Shown: positions 49,101-62,784 of the stretch, piece after piece
How positions within the stretch are numbered: the first letter of the stretch is position 1
Layout of the letters: every line of letters begins with the position of its first letter
Program-made: the position numbers and the translations under genes
Source of the DNA: Camelus ferus
Taxonomy: Eukaryota
Direction: 5' to 3'
Assembly: GCF_009834535.1 (NCBI RefSeq)
Contig: NC_045696.1
Span: 91,204,001-91,268,000, forward strand
Length of the DNA: 64,000 bases
Notes under the pieces: generated by a model
What the model saw: only the letters and a program-made list of their open reading frames with translations
What the model was told of the DNA's origin: nothing
Databases searched by the model: none

Positions 49101-51094
49101 GTTTGTGTGTGTGTGCATGTGTACGTTTATATGTATACGTAGAGAAGAAGGAAGGGAGGTTGGACTGGGTGTAGAGATGAAAAGACAGACACATGTACAT
49201 GTGGAGATCACTGACTTGTATCTTGATACATCAGCAAGGGCAGGAATTGGGGACAGGTGACACAGAGTGAGGTTGTACCTCATGCCTTTGGACAGATGAC
49301 TAGGTAGTGGTTGGTTTGCAAACAGACCCTCTCTTCTAATTTTATTTCACTAATATTTCAAATTACCTGCCAGAATATCTACAACCCAAATGGGCAAAAT
49401 GGCCTCTTTGTTGAATTCCCCATTCTTTGAAAAGGGTCAGATGTAATTGATGCTCTCAGTACTATATGTCATGTGCCAGGCACATACCAACTCATAAAAA
49501 TGTCCTAAGGCATTAATTATCACAGCCAAGGAGAGTAAAGACGGCAGCTCCTGCTAATTGTCAAAATCCCCTCTGTGACTGCACACTGCCACACATCCAG
49601 TCGGTGCTTAAGAAACATGAATTGGCGATGAAAGTTGCTATTCTTCCTCCTTGCAGGCTACAGAAGTGATGAAGTAGGGGAGGACACCTCAAAACTCCCC
49701 CTCTGCCTGCTCAGGCTCAAACACTCTAGCAGCTCTTGGATCCCAAGCCAGTGGTGGCCGCCCTGCAATAGTGATCAGAGATTCTGTTTGATTTAGGAAG
49801 TGCTAATCAATAACAAGTCCAACTTGGGGAACTGCACGGGCTTAATCATTTTGCATCTGGCACCCAGGACTGACACACCCCAGCTGGAAGGGAAGGAGGC
49901 AGGCAGGAAGGGAGGCAAAGAGAAGTAGGGGGTGGGGGGCGAATGGGGGAAACAAGTCCATGGAAAACTCAGTAAACCTCTTTCTTGAGTTAAAAATCGT
50001 TTCAGCTTTCAAAGATGAAATCTCTCCCCCAAGTGAAAGACATGACTTAAATGCAAAAGCAAGTGAAGATAAACAAAAGGCCCTGTTCAGATCTTCCCGA
50101 GGTTATCCGTCACTGTCAAGGCTTTCTTTACTCATCATAATGATTCCAAGCACCCTGCCAGGTGGTCTCAGATACTGTTTCTGTATCTTACAGGATTTTT
50201 TTTCCCCTTGCTTTCTCTTTTCTCCAGTAAACAGCAGTTTACAACACAGGGTTTGACTGTAATTTTCACCAAACTGCAACTTGTGCAGGCTTGTGAGAGA
50301 CGCGTTATTACTTAAATCCAGCCGTAATGCTCTTTTACCTTCAAAGGCCATTCCCTTTATACATTCTGTCAGCTAAGGGTGGCAGGATAACAATTAGCTT
50401 GCAAGTTTAGGATAGAAATAAAATGCAGGGGGATCGTGGGCAGGGTGTGTTCAGACTCCCTTCCGGTGGATTCAGGGTGTGTCCAACCCTCTAGACCCAA
50501 TGGAGGAGGCTGGACAGCGGGGTTTGAGGATGAAACAGAGGAGGCGGGATGCAGACTCAGCCCATGGGCATCAGTGAAAAGTCATCCCCGTGGAGGCAAA
50601 TCTGCAGTTGAAAACCAGGCTGATATTCCAACTGCCTCACCATCTAAAGAAGCTAAGCATGGACTGAGACACAGGACCTAGGTGAGAGGCACATGGAAGG
50701 AAGATTGAGGGCAAGAAGGTTCTGAACAAAAGGCCAGAGGTGGAGGTAGTCCTGTTTCCTCAGGCCTCTGGGCCTCCCAAGGCCACAGGCTCATATCACA
50801 GATGCCTCTGACCACCACTGAGAGGGGGTAGATGGGAAGGGAGAGAATGAGGGAGGGAGATTTTAAAGGCCCTGGGAAGTCAAGATTTCGATGAAGGAAA
50901 AATACCTAAGTTTTCTGGACTATTTCAATGTTAATATTTTGGGGCTAGGTGATTTCTCAGAAAGTGAAAATGGGCCCAGGCCCATTTATATAGTGATGGC
51001 TTTTTTGGTAATTTTCTTCGGTTTGGACAAAATTGAACATGCTTTCCTGTTAAAACATTCAAGGAAATAGGAATTAAGCCAGTATTGAAGCCAG

Positions 51095-51591
51095 TATTTC
51101 ATTTGGTGGGGAAACACTGGAGGCACTTATTAAGATCAGGAACAAGGCAAGGTTGCCTACTGTCTCCACCACTATTCAACATGTTACTGGTGACATTAGC
51201 CAAAGCAACTAGATAGGAGAACTCAACTAAAGGCAGGCAAATTGGCAAAAAGGAGGTAAAACTATCTCTATTTGAAGATGATCTGATACTATGTCTAAAA
51301 CCCTAGAGAATGAGTAACAACCCTAACTCAAATGTTTAAAAAATTAACATACAGAAATCAATAGCTTTAATATACATAAATAATAACTAGAAGATATAAA
51401 GTAGAAAAAGCCCCACTTTAGGAATAATCGTAACAAGAAGTGTGCAAAACTCTAAAGAGGAAGACTTTAAAACACCTCTGAAAGATGCAAAAATAGACTA
51501 ACATAATGGAAAGACATCTCTCGTTCTTAGATAGGACAGGTCAACATCATAAAGATGTCAGTTCCAGCTTAAAAAAAAAAATTGGTTGTTT

Positions 51592-51626
<35 letters not shown>

Positions 51627-51790
51627 GCTCAAAATTGATGATTTTTGTGAAATAAAAAACATAAGCAAGTAGAAACAACACAGATACCACTGCACACCCA
51701 GCCGATTGGCAGAGGAACTCTCATTCCCTGCTGAGGGGAGTATAACTGAATTCTCCACTTGGAGAGCACCTTGGCAGTTCCCATTACTGC
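51095..51790 (+). mobile_element. Old L1M ORF2 (RT region) remnant
   Basis: AAGATCAGGAACAAGGCAAGGTTGCC..CTATTCAACAT..CTCTATTTGAAGATGAT corresponds to degenerate GTRQGCP..LFNI..LF(A)DD motifs. Confidence 0.8.
51594..51623. repeat. (GT)15 microsatellite
   Basis: Read directly from the sequence. Confidence 0.97.
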
Positions 51791-53142
51791 TAGTTGATGG
51801 AGTATCAGTAGTTCATCAAACAGTCTAGTCTCATTGGGTTATAAACCTGGCGAGATTTTATTCTGTCCAACAAATGCCCTATGATAACATGTTGATCCTC
51901 CCTGCCCGCTGAGGAACAGGCTCCCTGAATATCCTTTGGCTGTTTTCTTCAGCTTTTGGCCACTTTCACTTATTGGAGCAGTCACATTGACTCAGTGTTA
52001 AATTTTAAAATTTAAATTTTAAAAACTCAGTTCTGCTTGTTTTAAAGCTTCCATCCCTTATCTGATGCAAAGCTCTTTTCCTCCTCTCTCAGCAGAAGCT
52101 TTTGTTAGGGAGGTGGGGACTCAGGCACCACCTTCTCCTCTCTCTTCTTCCTCTTAAGTTGGATGGGGAAGAGGAAAAGGAAAATGGCAAAGTTCCTTCT
52201 TGCACGATTGGGTGAGGGGACAGTAGACTTCTCTCTGTAGACTTTGCTTGGTGTGTTTTGCTGCTTCTCTGGCCCACAGCATCTTGCCTCTACATGGAAG
52301 GATCCAGATGCTGAGCTGTCATGGGGCTTGTGTGTGTATTCTTTGAAGGGCTCCATGGGGGCTTGTGCCCTGAGAAGTTGCCTGACATGGGATTGAATCT
52401 GCCTGAGCTTCTTCCACCATGCCTCAGTGTCTCCAGCATAGGGTATTTGCATGCCCAGTAGTACGAATGCCACTGCCTCTCATTCCTGTCTTCTCTCTCC
52501 TGCCTCTTTCTCTACCCCCTGGGGCATTTGGTGCTCTGCAAGTCCAAGCCTTCAATCCCAACTTCCATAAGAGAGGAACATCAGGCTCTGACTTTGTTTG
52601 TGTGCAGTAGCGAAGGGGAATGATTCTGACAGATGCCCAGAAAACCTTTATCATGACTATCTTTCTTCCTCCCTTGGCTTTTCTGGAGGATATTGTGGAA
52701 GTGTAGAGAGAATATCCTTTCTTTGTGAACTTGGTGTTCTCTGAAGGACCCTCTCCTCTGTCTGTTTTCCCTTAGCCTGACTGGGATGGAGTGTCAGAGA
52801 AAAGACTTACTCTCAGCACTGGTGCCTCTCAATATGCCTTCCTGGGAGGTAGCTGGTCACAACTGCTATGACGTCGTGGTGGTTATATGGAATGTGGGCA
52901 CTTAACATCTTTTGTCCTCAGCTTTAGGGCTTAGCCACAATTCTGATATAACAGGAAAGATGAAATAGAACATGTGCTAGCAGACTGCCCATCAGTTCTG
53001 CTCCTAAGGCTATATCCTAGAGAAGTTCTCACAGATGTACATGAAGAGATGGCTACCAAAATGTTTCTAGCAGTATTGTTTATAACAATGAAAAGTTGGA
53101 AACGATCTAAATTTCACAATAATGGAGCAGATAGATCAAATG

Positions 53143-53294
53143 TGGAGGCTGGTTTGGTATTTAGCCTGGTGAGCACAAGCGCACCTGGGTGTGCACAGCT
53201 ACCCAGGGCTGCTGTTGTTTATGACGAGCACCTGTGTGTGCTGCTTGATGCCAGAACCATGCCAGTTGTTCAGTAATTTGAATATCACTCCCTG
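53143..53294 (-). mobile_element. Arthur1B-like hAT-Tip100 MITE
   Basis: Reverse complement reads CAGGGAGTGATATTCAAA..AACAACTGG..AAACAACAGCAGCCCTGGG..CTCACCAGGCTAAATACC..CCAGCCTCCA. 8-bp TSD ATCAAATG/ATCATTTG. Confidence 0.7.
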
Positions 53295-53769
53295 ATCATT
53301 TGATTGAGTACAGTTACAGCAGTGAAAATTAAGGAACTACGTAAATATGGATCCACATGGATAGATCTCAAATGTAGGCTCAAAGGAAAAACTGCCAAAA
53401 GAAAAATGATTCCATTTATATTTAATTTTAAAAGCATACAACAGGATGCTAGTTATTGTATACATGTCTATAATATAGTATCTTATTAATGTAATATGAA
53501 TTATAGTATTTTATATGATATATATTATATAAATATATTATGGGTATAAAACGTGGGTGGAACCTGTTTGATTTAGAAAAATGTTTTTGAACATTTAGGC
53601 AAGTATAGAGAATCCTGAAGCTAGCACTCCTTATATTCCATAAGAAATGGAACACCAAATTCATGATAGTGATAGCCTCTGAGGAGAGAGGGGAGCTTGA
53701 TTGGAGAATGATAGAGAGAAGGCAGCATCTTTATCAGCTATATTCTATTTCTTATCTTAAAAAAATCTG

Positions 53770-54905
53770 TACACCAAAAGTAAGAGCAACCAAAGAAAAA
53801 TAGGTATAATGGACTTAATCGAAATTAAAAACTTGTGCTTTAAAGGACGTTTTCAATAAAGTGAAAAAACACCCTACCTAGACAATAGGAGGAAATATTT
53901 AGAAATCATATGTCTGATAAAAAGTTAGCATCTGGCATATATAAATAACTCCTACAACTCAACAATAAAAAGACAAACAACTCAATTTTTAAAAGGACAA
54001 AGAACTTGAATGAACATTTTTCCAAAGAAGACATACAAATGGCTCACAAGCACATGAAAAGATACTCAACATCATTAGTCGTAAGAGAAATGCCAAACAA
54101 AGACCACAGTAATATACTTCACACCTATTAGAACAGCATTTTTTTAAAAAAGGAAAAAAATAAGGTTTGGTGAAGATATGGCGAAGTTGGAACCCTCATG
54201 CCTTGCTGGTAGGAATGTAAGGTGGTACCCACTATGGAAAACAGTTTGGCAGCTCCTCAAAAAGCTAAGCATAGAATTACCATATGACCTAGCAATTCCA
54301 CTCCTAGTTATATACCCAAAGGAGCTGAAAGCAGGGATTTGAACAGATACTTGTATGTCAATGTTCACTACAGCATTATTCACAATAGCAAAAGATGGAA
54401 ACAACCCAAGTGTCCATCAACAGACAAGTGGATTAAAAAAAAGTTGTATATACCACACAGTGGGAATATTATTTAGCCAAAAAAAGCAATGTTCTTCTAC
54501 CTGCTACCACATGGATAAACCTTGAAAACATTTTGCTAGCTAAAATAAGCCAGACACAGAAGAGCTCATATTTCTGATTCCACTTGTATGACATATGTAG
54601 AACAGGTAAATTCATAGAGATTGAAGGTAGATTAGAGGTTACCAGGGTTTGGGGAGGAGAGAGATGGGAGATTTTGTTCAGTGGTTACAGAGTTTCTGAT
54701 AGTGGTGGGGATTGCACAATATTGTAAATGTAACTAATGCCACTGAATTGAATACTGAAAAATAATTAAAATGGCAAATTTCATGTTAAATATTTTACCA
54801 CTATTAAAAAAATTAACAACATAGTATTCCCAAACCCACTGAATTGTATGTTTTAAATGAGTAAATTGTACGGTATGTGAATTATACCTCAATAAAACCT
54901 TTAAA
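53770..54905 (+). mobile_element. L1MB4-like 3' fragment (end of ORF2 and 3'UTR)
   Basis: TGGAAAACAGTTTGGCAG..TTACCATATGACCTAGCAATTCCACTCCTAG..CCCAAGTGTCCATCAACAG..GTGAATTATACCTCAATAAA. Flanks AAAAATCTG/AAAGATCTG. Confidence 0.85.
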
Positions 54906-56904
54906 GAAAGATCTGAAGGAAATATGACAAAATGTTCATTTATCCCTGGAGATAAGTATAAGGAGTGCTAGCTTTAAGATTCTCTATTATTTGTCTAAAT
55001 CGAAAAACAGAAGTCAAGGAGCCAGTGGGCAGAGAATGATAGCAGAGAGAGGATGTGGAGAAACATTCAGGAAGAGGGAGATAATACAGGCAGTGTTTCC
55101 CCCAATTGCACTTGAAAACTCATGTGCCTCTTTAAGCAAACCATCTGCCTGCCCAATATATAATCTCATAACTATCAAATAAGAAAATATTGACCAAGAA
55201 AGGATTTATTTTTCCTCTGTTTTTCCCTTGCATTATAAAGCTACTAAGAGGCTAGGGTTTGTCGTTCTGGAGCTCCTTACCTGAAAAGATTCGCTACAAA
55301 AGGAGCAGGAATCATTCTTAGCTGGTGGGAGAGGGGAAAGCAGTCCAGAAGCACCTGGAGGGTGTTGAAGCATTTGCACATTCATTCCCCCGGCACCCCA
55401 GGATGCCAATGTACTCATAAATGCTCTTCCAGGGAACTCTGACATCACTGCTCCCACCTCTGCCCAGCTGAGTAGCTTGACCTAGAGCTACTTCAGCGAT
55501 ACTCAGCACAGAATGCCAGAGGCTGGTCCACAGACTGCTGGAGAAGAGGGTAGACCTGCCTGCCCTCCTGCTGGGAAATGTGGAGCAAGTAGGGGGGAAA
55601 ATGGTGCTGCAGGAGAACTTGTAAAGAGGGGCTATCTGGTCAAATGTATGTCTGATAGAGACTTGTGGCGCACATAAGGATGAGTTGGGGTTGGGGAATA
55701 AAAGATTAAAAATTCTGTACTGGTGTTCTGGTAGGATCTTCAGGAAACTCTTTTGTGGAACCTGAAATTCTCCAAACAGGTGCCTCTCTGTTCCAAGATT
55801 TTCTTTTTTGGTTACTTTTTTGTTTCCTAAAGTGATAGAAACATAGAAACTTGTGGACCTGAAATAATATTCAGCTTGTTGATACAACCTGAGTATCATA
55901 CCCCAGTCTGAAGCGAGTTGGCAGTGCTGTGTTTTGAAAAGTTAGCCTTATGATTGGCATTTTCTATAAGCTTTTAAAGGACTGGGATTTATTTTGGCTG
56001 TAGAATCCTGGTTCCCCCTGAGCCTCACTGATGGGCGGTGGAGGATCCAGTTGTTTTGGAGATCACAAAGCTATCAGAAGTGCTCCACCCCACCTGCCCT
56101 CCTACACCATCTGCAGGCCTTGTTCCCCTGCTCAAGCAGAGAGAAACCATACCCCCGAGAGTCCTTCTGTGCTAGGTCCTCCTCCTCCTTCTCCACAAGC
56201 ATTGAAGTCTGCTTGTGTTTCACTCATGATCTATGGGTCCCCTCACTTAGAAAATGACTGGCTGTAGCAAGCCCTCCTGGAACTAGAAAGTCAGTCTTTA
56301 GTTGTCAAAATTAAATGTTTTGGATTTATTCAAGTTTGGGAAAGTTAATGATAATACCAAAAAGTTCCCCATTAAATGTATTATTTTATGTATAGCTACT
56401 TCTGAATACATATCATGCATCATTTACAGATGCATTAAATGAATATTATATGTTTAAATATGCCTTAGGAAACAAGAATTAAATCTTTTAGAAGAGGCAG
56501 TATACACTGAAAACAAAATATCTGACATCTAAAAAAGTAAGAGTAGTTTTCTGTGAATCTGCTGTTTGTCCTAGGAACTCAACCAGTATAGGGATTGATG
56601 ACAGTAACAAACAGCTTTATAGGCCTCATCAAAGGTGGACAATTTGATGAGTGTAGTTGGCATATTTCAAATATTTAACTGATTCATGCATAATTTCACA
56701 TCACTTTGCTGACATCAGGGACGCTCTATGATATGCTAGGGGTCGGCTGCAGTGTTTGTTATTTCAAGTACTGGAAACAGTTCAGTGTGTTACAACATGA
56801 TTTTCCCGCCTACGGACATGAGGCTGTAACATTTATTCCCACAGAGTTTAGACTAACAAGAGAAGAAATCAAGTTTGCAGAGTCATGTGCACAGCGATCA
56901 GGCA

Positions 56905-57600
56905 AGTGTTAGTAAAAGCATAATGGCCCTGGGTTTGAATCCAGCACCCATCACTTACTAACAAGATGTTCATGGCAAGTTTCTTGTGTGAAGTAGAGGT
57001 AATATCACGGTAGGTACATGTATTCACTTCCCAGGGCTGTTGTAACAAACTACCACAAACTTGATGACTTAAAACAACAGCAATTTATTCTCTCACAGGT
57101 CAGGAGCCAAAAATCCAAAATCAAGATGTCGGCAGGGTAGGTTCCTTCTGGAGGTTCTGAGGTAGAATCTGGTCCATGCCTCTCTCCTAGCTTTTGGTGG
57201 TTGCTGGTAATCTTCAGCATCCTTCACTTGTAACTGGATCACCTCAATCTCTGCTTCTGTTGTCACAGAACATTTTCCCCTGTGTATATCCTCAGTGTCT
57301 GACCAGGACACTGGTCACTGGATTTAGGGCCCTCCCTAATCTAGTGTGCCTTATTTTAACTTGATTACATCTGTAAAGACCCTATTTTCAAATAAGGCCA
57401 TACTCACAGGTGCTGGAGGGTTAGGACTTGCATATATAATATTATATATGTATACTATTATATATATTATATATGCACCTTTTAGGGGGACGCAGTTCAA
57501 TTCATCACACCCTGCCATAGACTTGTGGTTAGTATTTTGACAATTCAAGAAAGCATTTGACTCAGTGCCTAGCTCATAGTAGGTATTCAATAAGTGCTCC
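56905..57600 (+). mobile_element. MIR SINE split by an MLT1 LTR
   Basis: CCTGGGTTTGAATCCAGC..CACTTACTA.. | ..CAGTGCCTAGCTCATAGTAGGTATTCAATAAGTG. Confidence 0.7.
57019..57509 (-). mobile_element. MaLR solo LTR, MLT1C-like, with an internal (TA)-rich expansion
   Basis: TGTATT..GGCTGTTGTAACAAACTACCACAAACTTG..CTTAAAACAACAG..AACTTGATTACATCTGTAAAGACCCTATTT..ATCACA. Confidence 0.9.
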
Positions 57601-60600
57601 TTCCTTTCTCCTGATAATACGACCTTTTAAAAAATGCACCTTTGACCTGTTCTGTAATTAGCATAACCATCAGATTGTGTTTCTAAAATACAGGCATAAA
57701 ACAGTTATTTGTCCGGAACTCTGGATTTCCAAAGAATTTTTTCATCTTATTTAGGGATGTAATAGGAAAGCTGTAGTAAGATTTAAATAAATATCTGAGA
57801 CTCAGCTATTCCTTCTAGTGGAATTGAAATAGCCTTCAAGTTGAAAAAACAATGTGCTACAAATGTTTATTACAGCAAGCATCTCTGTCATAGGAACAAA
57901 TCTGGCCTTTCATGTCTCTCTACTTATCGGCAAATATTGAATGGCAGTTAGTCAATGAGACCAATAGGGCTTTAGTAATAGTCACAAAAACCTATTGAGA
58001 AGAAACCATAGAAAGAGCATGTTTTTAAATGTTCATAAAGGGTTAAGAAGTATAGCAGAAGCACAAAAATTTAATAATCACACTTGATATCAGAAAAATA
58101 TAGGTACCTTTTCTTAAAATTTCAATTGGATTCATTCAAAACCTTACCCAGAATAAGAGCAAAGCAATATGCCAGATTCTTTGGCTAAATCCTTCATTGT
58201 CAAACTCTTGAATTATTGCAAAGACCTCAAGATTTCAGAATAATGATGATATAGAGCAGTAACTTTCTATCACTGCAGAAAATGTACAGAGCTATAAATC
58301 TTATTATAATGCAACAGAGTTCTAGATATGCTTAAAATTATTTTAAATACCAACTCAGCTGGTTGGTGAAAGGTAGTGTCCACAATTTACTGGTGGAAAA
58401 CCTAAGGTGAATGACCTCACTATAATCATGGCAGAGGGAAGGTGGATTTGCTTGGCTAATTATGCTACAAAGACTGATTTGATCTACAACCTCCTCTGTA
58501 ATATTTATTTTTAATGAAACATACAGAAGTTTGGAAACATCTTGTCTGCCTTATAAGTGTTTCCCCCAGGACTATTTAAAGATCAAAAAAGGAAATTTCA
58601 AACATGCAATCTGGTGGGGAAAAAAAAGCAAATAAATAAACAACAAAAAAAGAACTGTATCTTACAGTAGGTGAACCACCAGCTAATACATTATTCCACA
58701 CTCCCCAACTCATTCCTTCCTTCATCATTCCAGTTATTCAAAAAATACCTTGAAATTTTTGGCCTGAAAGAGTCTGCCTGCCCCATTTCCCTTTGATCCC
58801 TTATTTCCAGGCTCATGAGCTTCCTCTGTTTAGCACAGCCATTTATAAAGTTTCCAAACTACCCTGTCCTCTTGCATTCTGATCTTCAGCCCTGTTCCTT
58901 AGCTGTCCAGCACCAGGTAGACACACAATCAATACTGCTTATCAATGCTGAAGATTCCTGGCTCTCTCCATTTGCCCCTTTCTCTTACTGGGAACACTAC
59001 TTCAGGTTACAGCTCTTCCATGGGAAATTCATCCAGCCTCTCTCCTTGCCCTGCTCTTGACACAGACCTACTAAAATCCATCTAAGACAGTGGTGAGTTT
59101 ACGAAGAATTTTACGATGGCAGTTTCCTGAAAGCTGACCTGTTGAAAAATCTTTGAGCATGGGGAAATACACCCAAAGCAAGATGTTTCCCCAGGTCACT
59201 ATTTACCCTGTGCTCCTATCTTGAAGGATTGACTCCAAGGGCAGAAAGGAAGTTCCTCTGGGGGGGGGGGGGGAAGAGGCTGCATGGGCTTTTTCATAGC
59301 ATGAGTCTCATGATTCTGCCTGGTATACACTCATCTGGGATTTCAGTTTATAAGGATAACATCCCAAAATGAAAATAACATGAATAATAAAATGAAAGAA
59401 GAAAACACCAAACCCACCACCACATACGTGCACAAAAAAACGCTGAGATGCACAGAGGCATGGCCTGACTTTATACTTGCAGGAAGAGTCTCTTCCACCT
59501 GGAGTGGAAATCCCAACACCAGTGCAACTCTTCTAACACCAGAAATTTGGTAACTGGTGGGGAGGGGGCTGGGCTTGACCAGCTGATCCAGCTGCGGTTG
59601 GAAACTGCTTTTCCTCGAATGAGTGGCCTGGAATACCTGCAGTGGATATAGCCTTTCAGGCATTGTAACCTCAGATCTGAGCTGGGAAACAAGGTGATGC
59701 CAAAACTGAACCCCAAGATGTCAGAAAAACAGTGACACTTCAGAAAATCATGAGATAATGTGGAAGTCAAACACCACATCACAGAGAGTCAGTGTGAAGG
59801 AGTCAGTTTCAGGACCCTGGCTGAGGGCTTGGGGACCCCGGGGATGGTGGGGTACTCCACAACCCCCTTGGGAGTGTCCTCTTGCCCTGTCCCACTCCTT
59901 CCCAAGCTCTCTTGACTGGATTGAAAAGGAAGGAAGTAATATCCCAATACGGAGCAGTTATGGGAACGGGAAGGGTGCCAGGGATGGGAACCATCTCCTC
60001 ACCTGTGTAGTAAGGAGGTGCACACATGTTCCCCAATGAGAATGGACCCAGAGAAAGACAAGCATCAAGAAAACAATGATTTCTCTTACTGTATTCCTTT
60101 ACAAAAGCCCTGCCCAACAAGAATCAAAGAGCCCCGTGGGTGGGATTGTGCTCATGCATACTTCACACCCGAATTCTTTACATATGAAGAAGTTGCTACC
60201 CACCCGCCATTGATAAACTATGTGTGTTCAGTTTTGGCTGCAGATGGTGCAAAGAACCCTGATCATCCACTTAACACTCTCAATCCGAGTTCTTCTTGAT
60301 TCCAGAGCCTTCATTTAAAAAAATTATCTGGTTGGCATAAATGTTTGTGAAATAGATTGAAACAAATTGGTTAAATATTTACATTGAAACTATTCCTTTG
60401 GACTAGTTAATATATTCCAGCTAACTAAACTTATAGACCATGTACATTTACAAATGTTTATGAGTTTATAACATTTTCTAACACCAAATAACTAATATCT
60501 GCTTTGAATTAACATGGTATACTAAAGTTTAGCCCACCTTTACCAAGGAGAATTCCAAGGCAATTATTTATCTGCTTGAAAGAAGGTTTGCTGAATTTGG

Positions 60601-61699
60601 GTTCTCAGTGTTATCTGTTAAGATTTGGAAGAGGCAAATACACTTGCATAAGTGCAAATTAATTATTTAGGGAGGAAAGGCTTAATCAAGGCAGCGGGCC
60701 ACTTCAATAATTAGACTTCAGAAAAGGAAGCTAACGGCAGCACAATCTGTGATTACTTATTGTGCTTCCTCCTCTTCAAATATCAGAATTAGCTCTCTAG
60801 GACTGAAATACATAGAAATGCATATATACTCCTCATATTCTTGAGAGGACCTGCTACTCGCCCTTCTGCTCCATCCCTTCCCATTATTCCAGCTGAAAGA
60901 CTTGGAGAAGCAGATCACTTACAGCATTTTAGAGCAGATAATCCACTTGGTCATTCCTCAAGGCTCCAAAGAATAGACCTTTGAACAATGACAGCTGGAA
61001 AATCCTGAGGCATCAGACATAGCTAATAGAGGATTCTCCTCCTGTTTTCAGGAGTCTTTGAAAACCAAAAGGCATAGTTCGCAGCACCACATGTGACAAG
61101 ACATTTATTTTCATCTATTTGCTGTAAGCCGTGGAAAACTAGAAATATCAAATTAGATCAAATGTTTTAAAATAGGTTAAAATTGATCCTTTCCTTGCAT
61201 TTTGGGTTCTGCCCAAGCCATCCACAGATTGGGGCCACCGCGGCATGAATACATATTTCATCATAAGAGGGAAAGAAAAGCCTCTAATGGTGATAATTAC
61301 TGCCACTGAGCTGGAAGGCTAATTGTCAGAGGAGTTTGCTCCTCTCTGCAGAGAAATGCGTTTCACTCTGATGAAGGGCTGGGCAGGAGTGCCCCGCGTC
61401 TTTGGGCAGACCCGATTTTTCCTTTCAGTTCTTTCCGGATGTTTAAAGTCATTTCATCTACAGACACAGCCTAATCAGATAAAGATCCAGTGAGAATTTT
61501 GTCAAACAAAGGCGTTATTAGGTATTTTTTGTTTGGTTTGGTCCCTGTCAACCCTCTTTGAAGGGAGGAAAATTGGAAACCCGCAGGACACAGAGCCCTC
61601 GTGACGGTCTTGACCTGGGTTGCTGGTGTGTGTTTATCCCTCTTATTTTTATAACTCCAATCCAAGAGTAAGCAGCACCTTTCTTAAAGAAACTCCAGG

Positions 61700-61890
61700 C
61701 CCTTGACGGCCTTTCTCTCATCATTAATCCTCAGAACTTCCCGGAGAAGCAGTGAAGAGACAGCTGTTGGCATCCTCCTTTTATAGCCGAAGAAGCTGAG
61801 GTTTGGGAAGGTTAAGTGACTTGCCCAAGGTTATTTAGAAAATTAGGAGGGGCCACCTGGGAGTAGAGCTCTGGGTTCTTAGGTTCTGGG
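61700..61890 (-). mobile_element. MIR SINE fragment
   Basis: GAAGCTGAGGTTTGGGAAGGTTAAGTGACTTGCCCAAGGT. Confidence 0.8.
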
Positions 61891-62765
61891 GCGGCAGCCA
61901 GGAAACCCCAGCCACAAAGAGGCTCTTTTGTGTGTGATTTTGTTGGCATACCTATTTGTGTAGGGAATAAGTCAATATTTCAGTTCTTCTGATGTCTTCC
62001 CCCTTTATGACACACACACACATACATGCACGTGTACACACACAAGCCATTAACCTCCTGGGGAAAGTACAGCCCTGAATTAGAACTTGCAAATAAACTC
62101 ACAGATTTGCTGCAATGGTCTCAATGTATTCTCTTGTTTTAGACCTTACTGCTTAGAGGTGTCACTCCCATTTCCTGTCCTCACTCTGAGAACTGGGCTC
62201 ACATACCTCATTATGGCCGTATTTAAAGAGTTGGTATAAGAACAACTGCTCCATTGATATGGACTTTATTTAAAAAAAACTGTAAAGAAGATTTATTGCT
62301 ATCATCATGGGGGAGAATAAAAGTGGGGTGTAATTTGTGGAGAAGAATGAATGTCCTCCAAATCAAGGTGCTTTTGCGGGCAGCATCGGATTAGCATCTA
62401 GGAATGGGACTTGAGGAAGCAGCGTCTTAGCACTCAGAAGTGAGTAGTCGCAAGGTAGATGGAAGAAAGAAACCACATCTTAAGGAACACATTTTCCTAC
62501 TCAGTCGCAGAGCTAGGAATAGAATAATGACACGCTAGAAGTTTAAAAAGGTGAACTCAAACAGAGAAACTGCCTGTGGGGAGAAGTGACCTGTCCTGAG
62601 GAAAGAGGCAGAGGCATATCAAAGTCTGGGAGGAAAGAAAAGAATACCATCTTCAGGGCAAGCAGTGCCTTCTCGCTTGTGTACAGGCAGGGTTTATAAG
62701 TACAATAGAACCCTTGGTAAAATGCTTGTACCTCCAGGGCTAAGATTTTTATTTTTGAATTGCAA

Positions 62766-62784
62766 GTGCTCCATCTAGTGGTCA
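62766..62784 (-). promoter_or_regulatory. CTCF-like binding motif
   Basis: Minus strand TGACCACTAGATGGAGCAC versus core consensus CCASYAGRKGGCRS; in unique sequence. Confidence 0.55.

Larger units (their letters stand above)
52980..54945 (+). mobile_element. Old L1ME-type 3' fragment hosting two later insertions
   Basis: TATCCTAGAGAA..GCAGTATTGTTTATAACA..ACATGGATAGATCTCAAA.. and resumes at ATCTGAAGGAAATATGACAAAATGTT. Confidence 0.65.

Noticed and set aside
51076..51098. 12-bp tandem duplication AAGCCAGTATT(G)
   Set aside because: Too short to be informative; ordinary slippage.
59261..59273. G13 homopolymer
   Set aside because: Isolated run of uncertain length with no supporting context.
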